The translations under genes were made by a program, and so were the position numbers. From Giardia intestinalis (lineage: Eukaryota): DNA of 64,000 bases. The notes under the pieces were generated by a model. That model worked only from the letters and a program-made list of their open reading frames with translations. It had not been told where the DNA came from and did no database searches. Of the stretch, positions 19,768-29,998 are shown piece after piece. Position 1 is the stretch's first letter, and each line of letters starts with the position of its first letter. Location: the NCBI GenBank assembly GCA_000002435.2, contig CM018793.1; one strand, 5' to 3'.

Positions 19768-21522
19768 TCACTTTTTCGCAAAGGAATAGGTAAACGCCCT
19801 ACCCTCCCACTTCTTAGAGCACGCAATCCTACCTGCCAAAGAGGGATATGCCCCGGGAGTGTCACAGTTAGTGACTATGTCTTCAAAGACGGCATCTGCC
19901 ATCCAAGCGGTGATGTCCTCGTGCTCTTCGTCGGCGTATGGCCCTGCAACTTCCGCTTTGGTAGTTACCCCCAGAGATTTGAGGAGTTCCGGAGCTGTCC
20001 CCTTACATGTCTTCAGCTCACTGCAACTCTTCGCAAGGCAATACTCTATATCCTTGCTGAGCTTGTTACAGACAAGGCACGCAAGCTTCCCGTCCTGGAC
20101 ACCTGGTTGGTCGAAGGCATTGATGTTCCAAAACGCGCTGAGGATCGTGACAACCCTCTCCTCGAAGGCGATCAGTTGACCAATGCAACGCTCACAGAAG
20201 CCATCTATCGTAATACAAACAAATGCACGCTCGTTTTGGTAGAGGGCCATTTCAGTTCCCTTGACGAAGGCCAAGAGCTGCCTCCCCATCGACCCTGCAG
20301 CCTCATCAGGATAGTCTGCGGCACGCTTGCGGCAGCGGATCATTTGCACAGCTGCATCCGAGCACCCCTTCTGAATTTGCTGCATGAAGGCATGTTGCTC
20401 ACCAGTGCCCGTGCCCCCGAGAATAGTGAGTCCTGTCTTCAGTGGCAGAGCCTCCCTAGTGTAGTTCTTCCCGAGGGATTCCATGAAGAGCTGTTGGCAG
20501 TAGTGACTGAGGTGCTTGAGAGGGTCTGAATAGGCCAAGAGGATGAGATTGAATGGGGTAGACTTGTCCTTCAGCATCCAATCCAACAGCGTTGCATAGG
20601 CAATTGCCGGATTATGCATGGGGTTCTCCCGGTGGGAACGCGTGAGCTTGTCCATTTCCGACATTCCAATCAGAAAGCTTTCGAAGTCCACGCCGGCGAA
20701 TGCAGCGGGAACCATCCCCACCGCACTGCACACAGACGTCCTTCCCCCAGTGGCTTCGTTCATGTGGAAGGTTTCGCGGAACTGCTGTTCGTTTGCCTGC
20801 TTGTCGAGTTTCGAACCCTCAGTGGTGACTGCGACGAAGCTATGGCCGGGCTTTGGGACTCGCAAGTCCTTCAGCAGGGTTAGGTATGTTGCACAGTTGG
20901 TGGCTGTCTCCGCAGTTCCACCGCTCTTCGAGATTACAACCATAAGCGTGCGCTCAAGCTTTTTGGCTGCCTTGGCGGCATCAACCACCCTCGTGCCCTG
21001 CGAAAGAATGGCTCCCTCCGTAACAAGTTCGATAACCTGTGCGAAGCTTGCAGGATCGGTGTTGGCGACAAAGTGCGCTGTCGGCATCCCCCTTGCTCGG
21101 AGAGCCATGTTGAAGTCGTCACCGTACTTTGCCGTAAGCAGGAGGTAGGGGCCAAGGTAAGAGCCGCCGATGCCGTTGTAGATGACATGGTCGTAGTCCT
21201 TGGCGTCAATGCACTTCTTAGCAAAAGCCTTCACGGTGTTCCAGAGAGCAATCGACTTCGCGAGAGAACGGCCTTTTACCTCGCATTCCATCCTAAGATT
21301 GTAGTGATCCACGGGCCTGTCTTCCGACTCCGTTGGGTGCTTAGTAACATTAACATTTTCAAGCTTCTCAATCCTATCCATGAGATCGAAGGCTGCAGCG
21401 TGAGCTTGCTTGTAAAGCGTTCCCTGCGCTCGCGCATTAAACCCGCGGAACCCGCCAAACTCCAACGCAAAGGAGGTGCGATCGTCGTAGAGTTTGTAGC
21501 CGCGGAAGTGCCTTTCCTGCAT
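19768..21522 (-). CDS. GPI: glucose-6-phosphate isomerase, 584 aa
   Basis: ATG at 21522. 'GIGGSYLGP', 'VISKSGGTAETATN' (the ISK[ST]xxTxET signature), 'GGRTSVCSAVG', and a C-terminal region typical of eukaryotic PGI. Confidence 0.88.
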   Translation of the reverse strand: MQERHFRGYKLYDDRTSFALEFGGFRGFNARAQGTLYKQAHAAAFDLMDRIEKLENVNVTKHPTESEDRPVDHYNLRMECEVKGRSLAKSIALWNTVKAFAKKCIDAKDYDHVIYNGIGGSYLGPYLLLTAKYGDDFNMALRARGMPTAHFVANTDPASFAQVIELVTEGAILSQGTRVVDAAKAAKKLERTLMVVISKSGGTAETATNCATYLTLLKDLRVPKPGHSFVAVTTEGSKLDKQANEQQFRETFHMNEATGGRTSVCSAVGMVPAAFAGVDFESFLIGMSEMDKLTRSHRENPMHNPAIAYATLLDWMLKDKSTPFNLILLAYSDPLKHLSHYCQQLFMESLGKNYTREALPLKTGLTILGGTGTGEQHAFMQQIQKGCSDAAVQMIRCRKRAADYPDEAAGSMGRQLLAFVKGTEMALYQNERAFVCITIDGFCERCIGQLIAFEERVVTILSAFWNINAFDQPGVQDGKLACLVCNKLSKDIEYCLAKSCSELKTCKGTAPELLKSLGVTTKAEVAGPYADEEHEDITAWMADAVFEDIVTNCDTPGAYPSLAGRIACSKKWEGRAFTYSFAKK

Positions 21523-21805
21523 CCTAGAAGATTTAAATTTAGGAAGGCCCTGTAATGTAAAGGTCTACTGGTTCAAAATTATATACTGTTTATCTGATTA
21601 ACATCTCAGTAGCTTAGGATGGGTTCTCCCCAGCAGTTATCAGCAGCTAATCCGTGAAATCCGGAAAATCCCAGACTAGTGGTTCTATGGAATTTCCGAA
21701 ATTTGACTTCGTGGCTTAAATTATATTGCAATTATACTTAAATTTACAATTTTTGGGAGGCAAAATAAATTATGCGCAGAAAATTTCATCTCTTCCCAGT
21801 GCTTG

Positions 21806-24800
21806 ATGGAGCTGCGCAGTGTTGAGGAGTGGTTCAAAGCCATCGATGACAAGGATATGGAGCGCATAATGTACAATATGAGCAACTTTCACCGCGTGAC
21901 AAACAACGAGGGAAATACGGCCTTGATTCTGGCCGCGGGCCGCAATGAGCCAGAGATAGTCTCTCTCCTTGCGCAGCTAGAGTACGGCATGCGCAATAAA
22001 CACGGATATACGGCGCTTATGGCTGCGGCTATGTACGATTCCGACGAATGTTGCAGAATTTTGCTTCCACTCGAGCAGGATCTTCGACTGCGCGACGGAG
22101 GAACGGCGATTATGGTTGCTGCAGCTGTCGGCTCTGTCAATGCCTTCAATGTTCTGTTCCCTGCCATGGGGGATTCCATCGACACAGCTGGGCGTGGAGT
22201 TCTTTCGGTGGCTGCCAGTGCCGGCCAATTAGAAATCGTAAAGCAAATATTACCGCCGAATGGAAATTACCGCACACAGAAATTGCCCCACGATATGCGG
22301 GCTGCGATTCAGGTAGCCACTGCGAACAGACATGACGATGTTTCTAGCTATCTCCACCAAATTCTGACGGACAATGGTACACTGGACTCGACTGTCAATC
22401 CACTGACTTCGAGGATGAAGAGCTTGCGCGAGCTGTCGCACTCTAATCCTGGTTTGGCTACAATGGGATACACGATGCCCTCGGTAACAGGCACCTACAA
22501 CCCCAACGATCTCTCTCTAAGCACCCGTGGCTTCCAAGACACTGTTCAGTGCGAGCACGATCCCGATGAAATATGTAGTCACTGTCTCAAGAAGTACAAT
22601 AACTTAAAGAGCGCCACGCCCAAGCCGAACATTACCGCACAAGAGGATGTTGCGAATGCGCTCACGACACCTACCCGATCCTTATCACAGACAAGATCGG
22701 GTTCGCGTGCCCTGTCAGCTCGTTCATCGTCACCCCACAGCATCCTTGGTACCACGCGATCCGGGATTGGTGGGGGAAACTATTCTAACTACGACAATTA
22801 CCTGCATAACACTAAATCACAGCTATTCCAGGACCATGTGGCGAGCATGCGCGCTGCCAGCATACGGGCATCTAGTGTAGAGCGCACCAGCCGTGCATCT
22901 AAGGTTGACACTCCCTCTAGAATCGCCCAGGGAGAGGCCTCTAGACGCTCCCAGGTCAATAGATACCCAAAATCTGCAAAAGCAGCCAAAATGCCCTTTA
23001 ATTCAGACTTTATTGCCGCGCTCCAAGACAACCGGATTCCAGATATACAAAACGAGAGCCCATATAATCCCGTAAAGTCCAAGTCACGATCGAGCTCTAA
23101 CTATTCTGCCCATGGAACAAGGAGTATGGGATCCACCACGGCCTCTTCCCTCTCCACGGGCCCTGTTGGGATTACCACAGATGTTGGAAAGGACTCCTTC
23201 CCCCATGTCAAGAGCACTTATATAGACGACCTACCAGGGAAGAAGTCCTATAAGCATGTCGCCAGCAAGGTTGACAGCGGTATTGGGAACAACATGATGC
23301 CGTACGACCTGCGCAACGCTAGCTCCTACCGTACGGGCACAAAATCAGATTTATCCCCTTCGGTTGATACTACAACAACACACCTTAGTCCTGAAACATG
23401 CGACGACGAGCCTCCCCACGACGGCAACAGTTTGGAATCTAATGGCTACGCTCACTCAACATTGTTATCATCTACCATAGATCCAGAGAAAAGTGCTATC
23501 CCTGCAACGAAGTCTGTGACTAGCTCCTCAACGAAATCGTCTGTTTACCGTGACCGAACAACATCTCGTAGCCGTAGCAGGTCACCTACCTCTCCATCCC
23601 TGACTAGGGCGTTAGCAGAGAGCACAGCCACAAGCAGCATTCGAGCTTCAAATGTACAGTCTAGAGTGTCTCGAACAAAGAACCAGAGCCTCTCTGCCTC
23701 ATTTTCAGCCACTAACCTGACAAATTGGCAGCAAGACCAGTTAACGAAATCTACAATTGAAGCAAGCATCCGGCAGCGGCAAGCTAACAAGTCTCCATAC
23801 ACTCCACGCAGCCTACGTGACGTCAAGTCCACCGGGTACACCAAGTCCCCCACCCAGGGGGTCACCCCTCCTCAATTCTATGTTCGACCCGTTAATCGCT
23901 TCGAGAGTGACAAAACGCTAGTTACTATAGAGCAACCGTACAAGGACGTCGTTGAGGACTCTTCTGCCACCGATAAGGACCAGCAGCTGAATAGACTCTC
24001 GAGACCTCGATCGGTCACGAAGCTCGTTCGCCGCCCCCTACATATGCTGAAACAGGAAAGCAATCTTATGGATGATCTACGTAAGACACTTGTCAAGACG
24101 CTTCACGATCGATCGCTTGAGGCTAAGAAGTCGCATGTACACTCAACGACAGGGCCGAAGATCCCTGGCGAGGCTCTTTATGACACACTCAACCGTGACC
24201 CATCTATGTATGCAACCGATGTACTCTCCGAAGAGAGGCAGTATCTAGATATCCCCTACACTTATGAGGAAGGCCGGCGTCTACTTGCCCAGTATCCGGA
24301 GAACCCTGCATACTGCCAGGACGAAATTCTAGATCACAAGGAGCCGGACCTAACCATTTCAGACACATCTACTGATCTGATGCGCAAGTTGTGTGCAGGA
24401 GAATGGTCTTCCCAAGAACAGCAGGACCAGACGCCCACTGGAAAAGCGAAACGCAAGAAAGGGGCAGATATGGGGACATCAAAGAGGATTTCAGATCTGT
24501 CTGAGGCAGGGCGCCAAGCCAACGATGGATCTACGGCCCTAATGTTTGCAGCCAAGTATAACAATGTGGATGCTGTAGGAAAGTTACTAGATTCAGAGGG
24601 AGGGCTAACTATGCGATCTGGACACACCGCGCTCATGATTGCGTGCATATACGGCGGTCTCGATGCTGCATTAATGCTAGCAGAAAAGGAGCGTTGCATC
24701 CAAACGCGCGATAAGTGGACTGCTCTGATGTTGTGCGCGAAGTACAACAGATACGAGGTGGCTACTGAGCTCGTCCCTCACGAATGTAGGTTGCAAAACA

Positions 24801-25561
24801 ACATGGGAAACACAGCGCTCATCCTTGCAGCATACACTGGCTCACTTCCGTTTGCAACACTCCTTAGTAGTTATGAAAAAGGCATCAAGAACAAGGTCGG
24901 ACGAACTGCCCTGATGACTGCGGTTAACTTTAACCACATGGAGATTGTCAATCTGCTCATTGATGCAGAAGCTGGAGCACAGGATAACGAGGGGACCTCC
25001 GCGCTTATGATAGCCGCACAGCAGAATAAGGTAGATATCGTTCATCTATTGGCGCCCAGAGAAGCTAAGTTAAGGGGAAGCATGCAGCGAACAGCAATGA
25101 TGATAGCTACTAGGTCAGCTTGTAGCCGGATTGTTTCAGAGCTTTCTGACCTAGAGAGCGGACTCCAAGACTCTGATGGATGGACAGCTTTAATAATTGC
25201 GGCGCTCATGAATAATATCTCTATAGTTGAGATTCTCCGCGAGAAGGAATCAGGGCTACACACCAACAAGGGCTGGACGGCTCTTATGCTCGCCAGCAGG
25301 TGCGGGTACATTGAAGTTGTGAATCTCTTGGTCCACAAGGAGGCCGGTATCCAGATGGAGAACGGGTGGTGTGCTATCATGAGTGCTGCAATCAACGGAC
25401 ATACAGATATAGTCAAGCTACTGTTCCCCTACGAGGGCCACTTAAAGGATAATAAAGGAAACACTCCTATGTCTATTGCCTTCAAACGCGGCTATACTGA
25501 GCTCTACAATGTGCTCAACGAACTTAGTTTGAAAAAAGATGCCCCGTGGAGGCCTATTTAA
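21806..25561 (+). CDS. ankyrin-repeat protein ('protein 21.1'-type): N- and C-terminal ankyrin arrays flanking a Ser/Thr-rich disordered middle, 1251 aa
   Basis: Track ORF starts at a TTG (21803); the first ATG is at 21806. Repeated 'G.TALM.AA..GH.E.V.LL' ankyrin units at both ends (for example 'NTALILAAGRNEPEIVSLLA', 'GWTALMLASRCGYIEVVNLL'). The middle ~600 aa are S/T/R-rich low complexity. AGTGAAT polyA-like motif 7 nt after the stop. Confidence 0.85.
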   Translation: MELRSVEEWFKAIDDKDMERIMYNMSNFHRVTNNEGNTALILAAGRNEPEIVSLLAQLEYGMRNKHGYTALMAAAMYDSDECCRILLPLEQDLRLRDGGTAIMVAAAVGSVNAFNVLFPAMGDSIDTAGRGVLSVAASAGQLEIVKQILPPNGNYRTQKLPHDMRAAIQVATANRHDDVSSYLHQILTDNGTLDSTVNPLTSRMKSLRELSHSNPGLATMGYTMPSVTGTYNPNDLSLSTRGFQDTVQCEHDPDEICSHCLKKYNNLKSATPKPNITAQEDVANALTTPTRSLSQTRSGSRALSARSSSPHSILGTTRSGIGGGNYSNYDNYLHNTKSQLFQDHVASMRAASIRASSVERTSRASKVDTPSRIAQGEASRRSQVNRYPKSAKAAKMPFNSDFIAALQDNRIPDIQNESPYNPVKSKSRSSSNYSAHGTRSMGSTTASSLSTGPVGITTDVGKDSFPHVKSTYIDDLPGKKSYKHVASKVDSGIGNNMMPYDLRNASSYRTGTKSDLSPSVDTTTTHLSPETCDDEPPHDGNSLESNGYAHSTLLSSTIDPEKSAIPATKSVTSSSTKSSVYRDRTTSRSRSRSPTSPSLTRALAESTATSSIRASNVQSRVSRTKNQSLSASFSATNLTNWQQDQLTKSTIEASIRQRQANKSPYTPRSLRDVKSTGYTKSPTQGVTPPQFYVRPVNRFESDKTLVTIEQPYKDVVEDSSATDKDQQLNRLSRPRSVTKLVRRPLHMLKQESNLMDDLRKTLVKTLHDRSLEAKKSHVHSTTGPKIPGEALYDTLNRDPSMYATDVLSEERQYLDIPYTYEEGRRLLAQYPENPAYCQDEILDHKEPDLTISDTSTDLMRKLCAGEWSSQEQQDQTPTGKAKRKKGADMGTSKRISDLSEAGRQANDGSTALMFAAKYNNVDAVGKLLDSEGGLTMRSGHTALMIACIYGGLDAALMLAEKERCIQTRDKWTALMLCAKYNRYEVATELVPHECRLQNNMGNTALILAAYTGSLPFATLLSSYEKGIKNKVGRTALMTAVNFNHMEIVNLLIDAEAGAQDNEGTSALMIAAQQNKVDIVHLLAPREAKLRGSMQRTAMMIATRSACSRIVSELSDLESGLQDSDGWTALIIAALMNNISIVEILREKESGLHTNKGWTALMLASRCGYIEVVNLLVHKEAGIQMENGWCAIMSAAINGHTDIVKLLFPYEGHLKDNKGNTPMSIAFKRGYTELYNVLNELSLKKDAPWRPI

Positions 25562-25567
25562 GCTTTT

Positions 25568-25574
25568 AGTGAAT
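25568..25574 (+). terminator. putative polyadenylation signal AGTGAAT (AGTRAAY class) 7 nt after the ankyrin gene stop
   Basis: 'taagcttttAGTGAATgaagtgatg'. The AGTRAAY consensus is the described Giardia polyA signal (established knowledge). Its placement is as expected. Confidence 0.5.
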
Positions 25575-25651
25575 GAAGTGATGTAACTGTTTCAAGATGA
25601 AAAGTCTTTGTTATTCAGCCATTCCAAAAATAGTTACACCAACCCGTATAG

Positions 25652-27163
25652 ATGCTATTGCTACTGCTAGTTTCCGTGGCTTTGGCATGTTATACTAGAA
25701 CCCCCTTCACTGAGGAACCCAGTCATGGAATGGGGGTACGCTTCACCCAGCGTGGATTGGAGAAGTTTTGTCAGAAAGGTTATGCTATTATTCCTGATAT
25801 CATTGCTGCGATGTCTCCCTTCCAAATCCCAGAAATAACCGTCGGAACCCTTAAGTTTATCCTCTCCAACGTGAAGCCCCGCGCAGTGCGTGTTTCAACC
25901 ATGAAGGTCTACTTGCAAGATAACAACTTTGTCAAGATGGAGGCCCGGGACGGACTCATGCAGCTCTCGATGCGACTCGAGGCAACCATCACCGGGATCA
26001 CCGGGACCGTCGACTGCACCTTCACCCTCAAGGACTTCGGGGCAGACATCTCCCTGAGGCTCGGGGATGACTCCACCTGTCCCTACCACTTTGGGCTCTC
26101 CGAGATATCGAACGTCGTGTACTCGTCTGGGCTCGACATCGATGCCATCGGACTCGACACAGGCGGATCTGTCCTTGCAACTGCCATCCAGGGCATGGCG
26201 CCCACGTTGGAGACCTTAATAAAGGACACCGTACTGCAGTTCCTTATGGACACCATCTTTAAGTCGATAAAGCAGTCGATGCTGAACTTGCCGTTAGTTC
26301 ACCAGCTACGTGACTACTTCACCGACCAGCGCTACATCAACGGGATAAATGTCATCGACAAGAAAATTGTAACCAATCAAGGCGGGCTTACAATGATTGC
26401 TGATGAAATAAGCTTTACGCCTATACTCTCCTATCCAGTTGGAATTTCATCTCCTCCTCCAAAGGCAGTCTACACCGACAGGGACTATGAGCTCTACTTT
26501 GACAGAGAGTCTTTTAACTCTTACTTATACATCTGGCATACGAAGTATGACAAGTTCAAGGCAGACGGTCTCACTGTCCCGTACAGCACCATCAGGGCGC
26601 AAAACATACCCGGCCTTGCAGAGGCCCTTGTGGAGGCCGGACTACTAAGCAGTGTTAGCGATCTTGGACTCGGGGTCACTCTGGCTCTGTCGGTCAGCCC
26701 CTCCAAGGACACTGCTCCCCACATACCGTGGATCGGGGCGGCTGCACTACCGGTCAACCTCACGGGGGCACTTTCTGTGACGGCCAGTAAGAGTTCCACC
26801 TCTGCTTCTAAACTGTTGGTTAGTGCAGAAGGCAATGTGCTCTTCTCTGCTCGACCTCGACTGAGAAAGCACACGTATGGGTTTAACAACGACCAAGCCC
26901 GTGCATACTTGGAACTCACTGAGCTAGCTAATATCACCATAACTAAGGAGGATAGAGAAGGCATGCATGAGTCCGAGCCCCTGCTGAAGTATCTAGTTCT
27001 AAACAAGTACTTCCCTTTCGTCAACGGCATTCTCATTGACCCAGGAGTATGCCTCATGAACGGGAACTTCATTGATCTTGCTAGCGTCAATCCTGTTCAG
27101 TTGTGCGATGAGGACAGGGTGCTTTTCGTCGCCGATATCGAGAAGAATCACTACTTTGCCTGA
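25652..27163 (+). CDS. secreted BPI/LBP/CETP-like (TULIP superfamily) lipid-binding protein, 503 aa, with N-terminal signal peptide
   Basis: 'MLLLLLVSVALACYT' is a hydrophobic signal peptide. The mature N-terminus 'GVRFTQRGLEKFCQKGYAIIPDIIAAMSPFQIPEI...LKFILSNVKPRAV' parallels the BPI N-terminus ('[34 protein letters not shown]...LKFSISNANIKIS'). Overall length and two-lobe organisation are consistent with the family. Confidence 0.5.
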   Translation: MLLLLLVSVALACYTRTPFTEEPSHGMGVRFTQRGLEKFCQKGYAIIPDIIAAMSPFQIPEITVGTLKFILSNVKPRAVRVSTMKVYLQDNNFVKMEARDGLMQLSMRLEATITGITGTVDCTFTLKDFGADISLRLGDDSTCPYHFGLSEISNVVYSSGLDIDAIGLDTGGSVLATAIQGMAPTLETLIKDTVLQFLMDTIFKSIKQSMLNLPLVHQLRDYFTDQRYINGINVIDKKIVTNQGGLTMIADEISFTPILSYPVGISSPPPKAVYTDRDYELYFDRESFNSYLYIWHTKYDKFKADGLTVPYSTIRAQNIPGLAEALVEAGLLSSVSDLGLGVTLALSVSPSKDTAPHIPWIGAAALPVNLTGALSVTASKSSTSASKLLVSAEGNVLFSARPRLRKHTYGFNNDQARAYLELTELANITITKEDREGMHESEPLLKYLVLNKYFPFVNGILIDPGVCLMNGNFIDLASVNPVQLCDEDRVLFVADIEKNHYFA

Positions 27164-27242
27164 CATCTATCACTTACAGGAGTCTCACGTTTGCCTTAAG
27201 ACAGCTGTCTCTAGTGGAGATAGTATGAATCTAGCAGTGCTT

Positions 27243-27249
27243 GTTCACT
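27243..27249 (-). terminator. putative polyadenylation signal AGTGAAC (minus strand) downstream of the DEAH helicase stop
   Basis: The plus strand reads 'gttcact'. On the minus strand this is AGTGAAC ~65 nt past the stop at 27314. The distance is longer than typical, hence low confidence. Confidence 0.3.
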
Positions 27250-27313
27250 GCTGTGGTTTAATATTGATTATGAAACTACGTTGTTTATAGCAACAGGCAT
27301 GCGATAATTAATA

Positions 27314-29374
27314 TTATATATCGCTTAATTCTGTAGCAATATATAACGTTATGTTTGCTGCTTTAACAGCAATTGTAAATATGATTTCATTGGGAAATGA
27401 GTATGCCAGCAAGCTCTTTGGACTGAGTACTAACTGGTTCGGCTGTTCGCTAACAGAGTGAGAGCTATGAACGATGGAGTATGATCCATATTGATTGAGA
27501 CGCGCTCGATGAATGCCGTACCCAAGTCTTAGATACCGTTTGAGCTCCAAAGCAACCAAGCTAGTATCCTGTGGGGGTGGGCAACTACCTAATTCTGGGC
27601 ACCGAGCAAGAAGAGCTCTAGACAGCTGCTCCACCAGATCGCTGCAGTACTGCATGAGGTGGTGGGGAACGCCATGTACATGACACCAGTCTGCCTTGTA
27701 TTCTGCTTTTAGATAGGAATTGTAGAGGACTAGAAATGCTAGGTGGTCACTTCGAAGAGGCTGTACAATCGCTTTTTCACTAGCGCTCCACTGGATAGAA
27801 ATGTCTGTGTTAATGAAGGTCTCAATGCACGAGATGATGACAATCAACTCCTTGTATACACTCAGTGCCAATGCATTATTGTGCCTGGCATCTAAAATGA
27901 CTTCTGCCAGCATGCGACCGTGTTGAAACATGACCGAAAACTCAAACGTCAGAGCACCAGCTTCTGTCAGATTACCATTGGCATCGACTATAGAGAGGGC
28001 ATAGAGCTCATCATAGGCTGCCGCGAGGTTGCATAGAGAAGGTGGCGAAAGAAATGGAAAGGTTCGGAGCTTAAATCCATTGGCAGTCAACCACAGTAAA
28101 AGGCTTTCACTGCGAGCCCGGCAGATTTCTGCCTCAGTCGCTGCAGGCATTTGAAGGTACATATTCCTTGTGTATAGCCTATAGCATTGACCTGGCCCCT
28201 CACGGCCCGCTCTGCCCTTTCGCTGATCAGCCTGTTCACGGGAGCACAAGCACGTTTCCAAGGCCGTCATGTGTAGTGCTGGGTAGTAGCGGGAGACGCG
28301 AGATAGCCCCAAATCAATGACAATGCGTATTCCCGGAATCGTAAGCGATGTTTCCGCTATGTTTGTTGCCAGGACAATTTTCCTTTTGCAATCTACAGGC
28401 TTTTGCAGATTGGTTTTAAAGTGTAAACAACTATTTTGCTCTGTCAGTGGAAGAAATGAGTGCAACTTGAATAAGGCCACCGATTCCCTGCCTCTGCCAA
28501 CAGATCCTTGGTCCATAGACAATCGTGGGTCCTCCAATTCTTTGGTGATCAGCTTAAAAGCTTTGTTGATTTCTGCTTGCCCAGGAAGGAAGACAAGTAC
28601 CCCAGCAGTTAACGGCTCGGTCTCATGCAAGTGCCTGACAAGCCGAGCCAAAACACTGAATTGGTCAGGGGCCAATAGGGTACTGTTAAGGCTATCAATG
28701 TAATTGACGCGTATTTGATGTAATCTGCCTGGGATGTGTACGCGCAGCATGGACTGGCCTCCGAAGAAACGACGAAAAGTCTTATAGCATGCAGTGGCAG
28801 ACATGAGAACAAGCTTTGTGCGCTGAAAAAGACTGGGGCGTGTTGCAAACAACCCACATATAAGATCTAGAGACACTGATCGCTCATGGACCTCGTCAAG
28901 TATCAACACCCCTATAGAGGACAGGAAGGCACCTCCTGGACGCACCCAATTGAGTAGAATCCCTTCTGTGACGTACAAGATGCGAGTGTACCGGGACCGA
29001 CACTGACTGAGTCGAACCTCGTATCCTACAGTGTGTCCCAGGTTCTCACCCATCATAGCAGCAACGTACCGCGCTAAGGATACGGCGGCAATGCGGCGGG
29101 GCTGGACCACAACGACCAATGATTGGGGCGAGTTGCTTAGATTGCCTCGAACTTTGACAATATCGGCCAGATGAGTACTGAGGAGTTGAGGAATCCGAGT
29201 GGATTTTCCAGAACCTGTCTCTGCGTGAATAAAGGTTATATCGTTGCTCATGATAGAGCTTAAGATGGAAGTAAAATATAACTCTACAGGAAGTGAGGGA
29301 GGAGAAGCCTCCTGACCCTCCAGTCTCTTTCGACAAGGCTCCTGGAGAGCCGGCCGAGAGTGTTTCTCTACCAT
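27314..29374 (-). CDS. DEAH-box (DHX-type) RNA helicase, 686 aa
   Basis: ATG at 29374 ('agtatttaaATGgta'). Motif I 'AETGSGKSTRIPQLL', motif II 'DEVH' (LILDEVHERS), 'SAT', 'FLPGQAEI', 'TNIAETSLTIPGI', Q-R-G-RAGR-like 'QRKGRAGR', and a C-terminal HA2-like region. Confidence 0.85.
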   Translation of the reverse strand: MVEKHSRPALQEPCRKRLEGQEASPPSLPVELYFTSILSSIMSNDITFIHAETGSGKSTRIPQLLSTHLADIVKVRGNLSNSPQSLVVVVQPRRIAAVSLARYVAAMMGENLGHTVGYEVRLSQCRSRYTRILYVTEGILLNWVRPGGAFLSSIGVLILDEVHERSVSLDLICGLFATRPSLFQRTKLVLMSATACYKTFRRFFGGQSMLRVHIPGRLHQIRVNYIDSLNSTLLAPDQFSVLARLVRHLHETEPLTAGVLVFLPGQAEINKAFKLITKELEDPRLSMDQGSVGRGRESVALFKLHSFLPLTEQNSCLHFKTNLQKPVDCKRKIVLATNIAETSLTIPGIRIVIDLGLSRVSRYYPALHMTALETCLCSREQADQRKGRAGREGPGQCYRLYTRNMYLQMPAATEAEICRARSESLLLWLTANGFKLRTFPFLSPPSLCNLAAAYDELYALSIVDANGNLTEAGALTFEFSVMFQHGRMLAEVILDARHNNALALSVYKELIVIISCIETFINTDISIQWSASEKAIVQPLRSDHLAFLVLYNSYLKAEYKADWCHVHGVPHHLMQYCSDLVEQLSRALLARCPELGSCPPPQDTSLVALELKRYLRLGYGIHRARLNQYGSYSIVHSSHSVSEQPNQLVLSPKSLLAYSFPNEIIFTIAVKAANITLYIATELSDI

Positions 29375-29401
29375 TTAAATACTTTAAATAATTCAGGAAC
29401 A
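29375..29401. promoter_or_regulatory. 27-bp bidirectional AT-rich initiator region shared by the divergent DEAH helicase (-) and RLP24 (+) genes
   Basis: 'tttaaatactttaaataattcaggaaca' lies between ATG (-) at 29374 and ATG (+) at 29402. Short AT-rich initiators abutting start codons are the known promoter style of diplomonads. Confidence 0.55.
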
Positions 29402-29971
29402 ATGCCTCGCATAGAGCATTGCTCATTCTGCTCCAAGCCGGTGTACCCAGGCAAGGGGATATGCTTTGTGAGAAATGACAGCAGGGTTTTCCGCTTCTGC
29501 ACAAGCAAGTGCCACAGGAATTTTAAGATGAAGCGTAACCCTAGAAAGGTTCGCTGGACAAAGACGTATCGTTTACTGCACAACAAGGACATGGCCACCG
29601 ACACCACGTATGACTTTGAGAGAAGACGGAACCGAGCCGTTAAATATGATCGTAACCTTTGGGAGAAGGCCGTGCATGTGATAGACCGTGTAACGGAGAT
29701 TCAATACGCCAGGACAAAGCGTCATATCAACAGCAGGAAGCGTGAACACGCACTTAAGATGCTCGCGACTAAAAGTGCCCAGAAGCATGGATTCAGCGCA
29801 ACAATGGACTTCAACTCGGTAGACCCGCTTCAGATGGCTGCGGTGGAGAAGGTGAGAATGAAGAAGAAGATCAAGGAGCGTCCATATCGCCCTATTCTCC
29901 GCCAAAAGGAGATCGAGGCGCGTGAGCGATTGAAGGCGGTCGTAGATAGCGAGGTTAAACAGCCGGTATGA
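29402..29971 (+). CDS. RLP24: ribosome biogenesis protein RLP24 (L24e-like), 189 aa
   Basis: Track ORF starts at a GTG (29360); the first ATG is at 29402 ('ggaacaATGcct'). 'MPRIEHCSFCSKPVYPGKGICFVRNDSRVFRFCTSKCHRNFKMKRNPRKVRWTKTYR' matches RLP24 almost motif for motif (TRASH zinc ribbon). The basic C-terminal extension is typical of RLP24 rather than RPL24. AGTAAAC polyA-like motif 28 nt after the stop. Confidence 0.9.
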   Translation: MPRIEHCSFCSKPVYPGKGICFVRNDSRVFRFCTSKCHRNFKMKRNPRKVRWTKTYRLLHNKDMATDTTYDFERRRNRAVKYDRNLWEKAVHVIDRVTEIQYARTKRHINSRKREHALKMLATKSAQKHGFSATMDFNSVDPLQMAAVEKVRMKKKIKERPYRPILRQKEIEARERLKAVVDSEVKQPV

Positions 29972-29998
29972 CTTCCCTTCTTATCACACAGAAACCCG

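Noticed and set aside
19693-21148. Long antisense ORFs (19693..20529 +, 20618..21148 +, 21073..21555 +) inside the GPI gene, and similar antisense ORFs inside other genes
   Set aside because: The GPI reading frame carries unambiguous conserved motifs. Antisense ORFs lack motifs and start at non-ATG codons in several cases. They are the expected by-product of codon-biased GC-balanced coding DNA.
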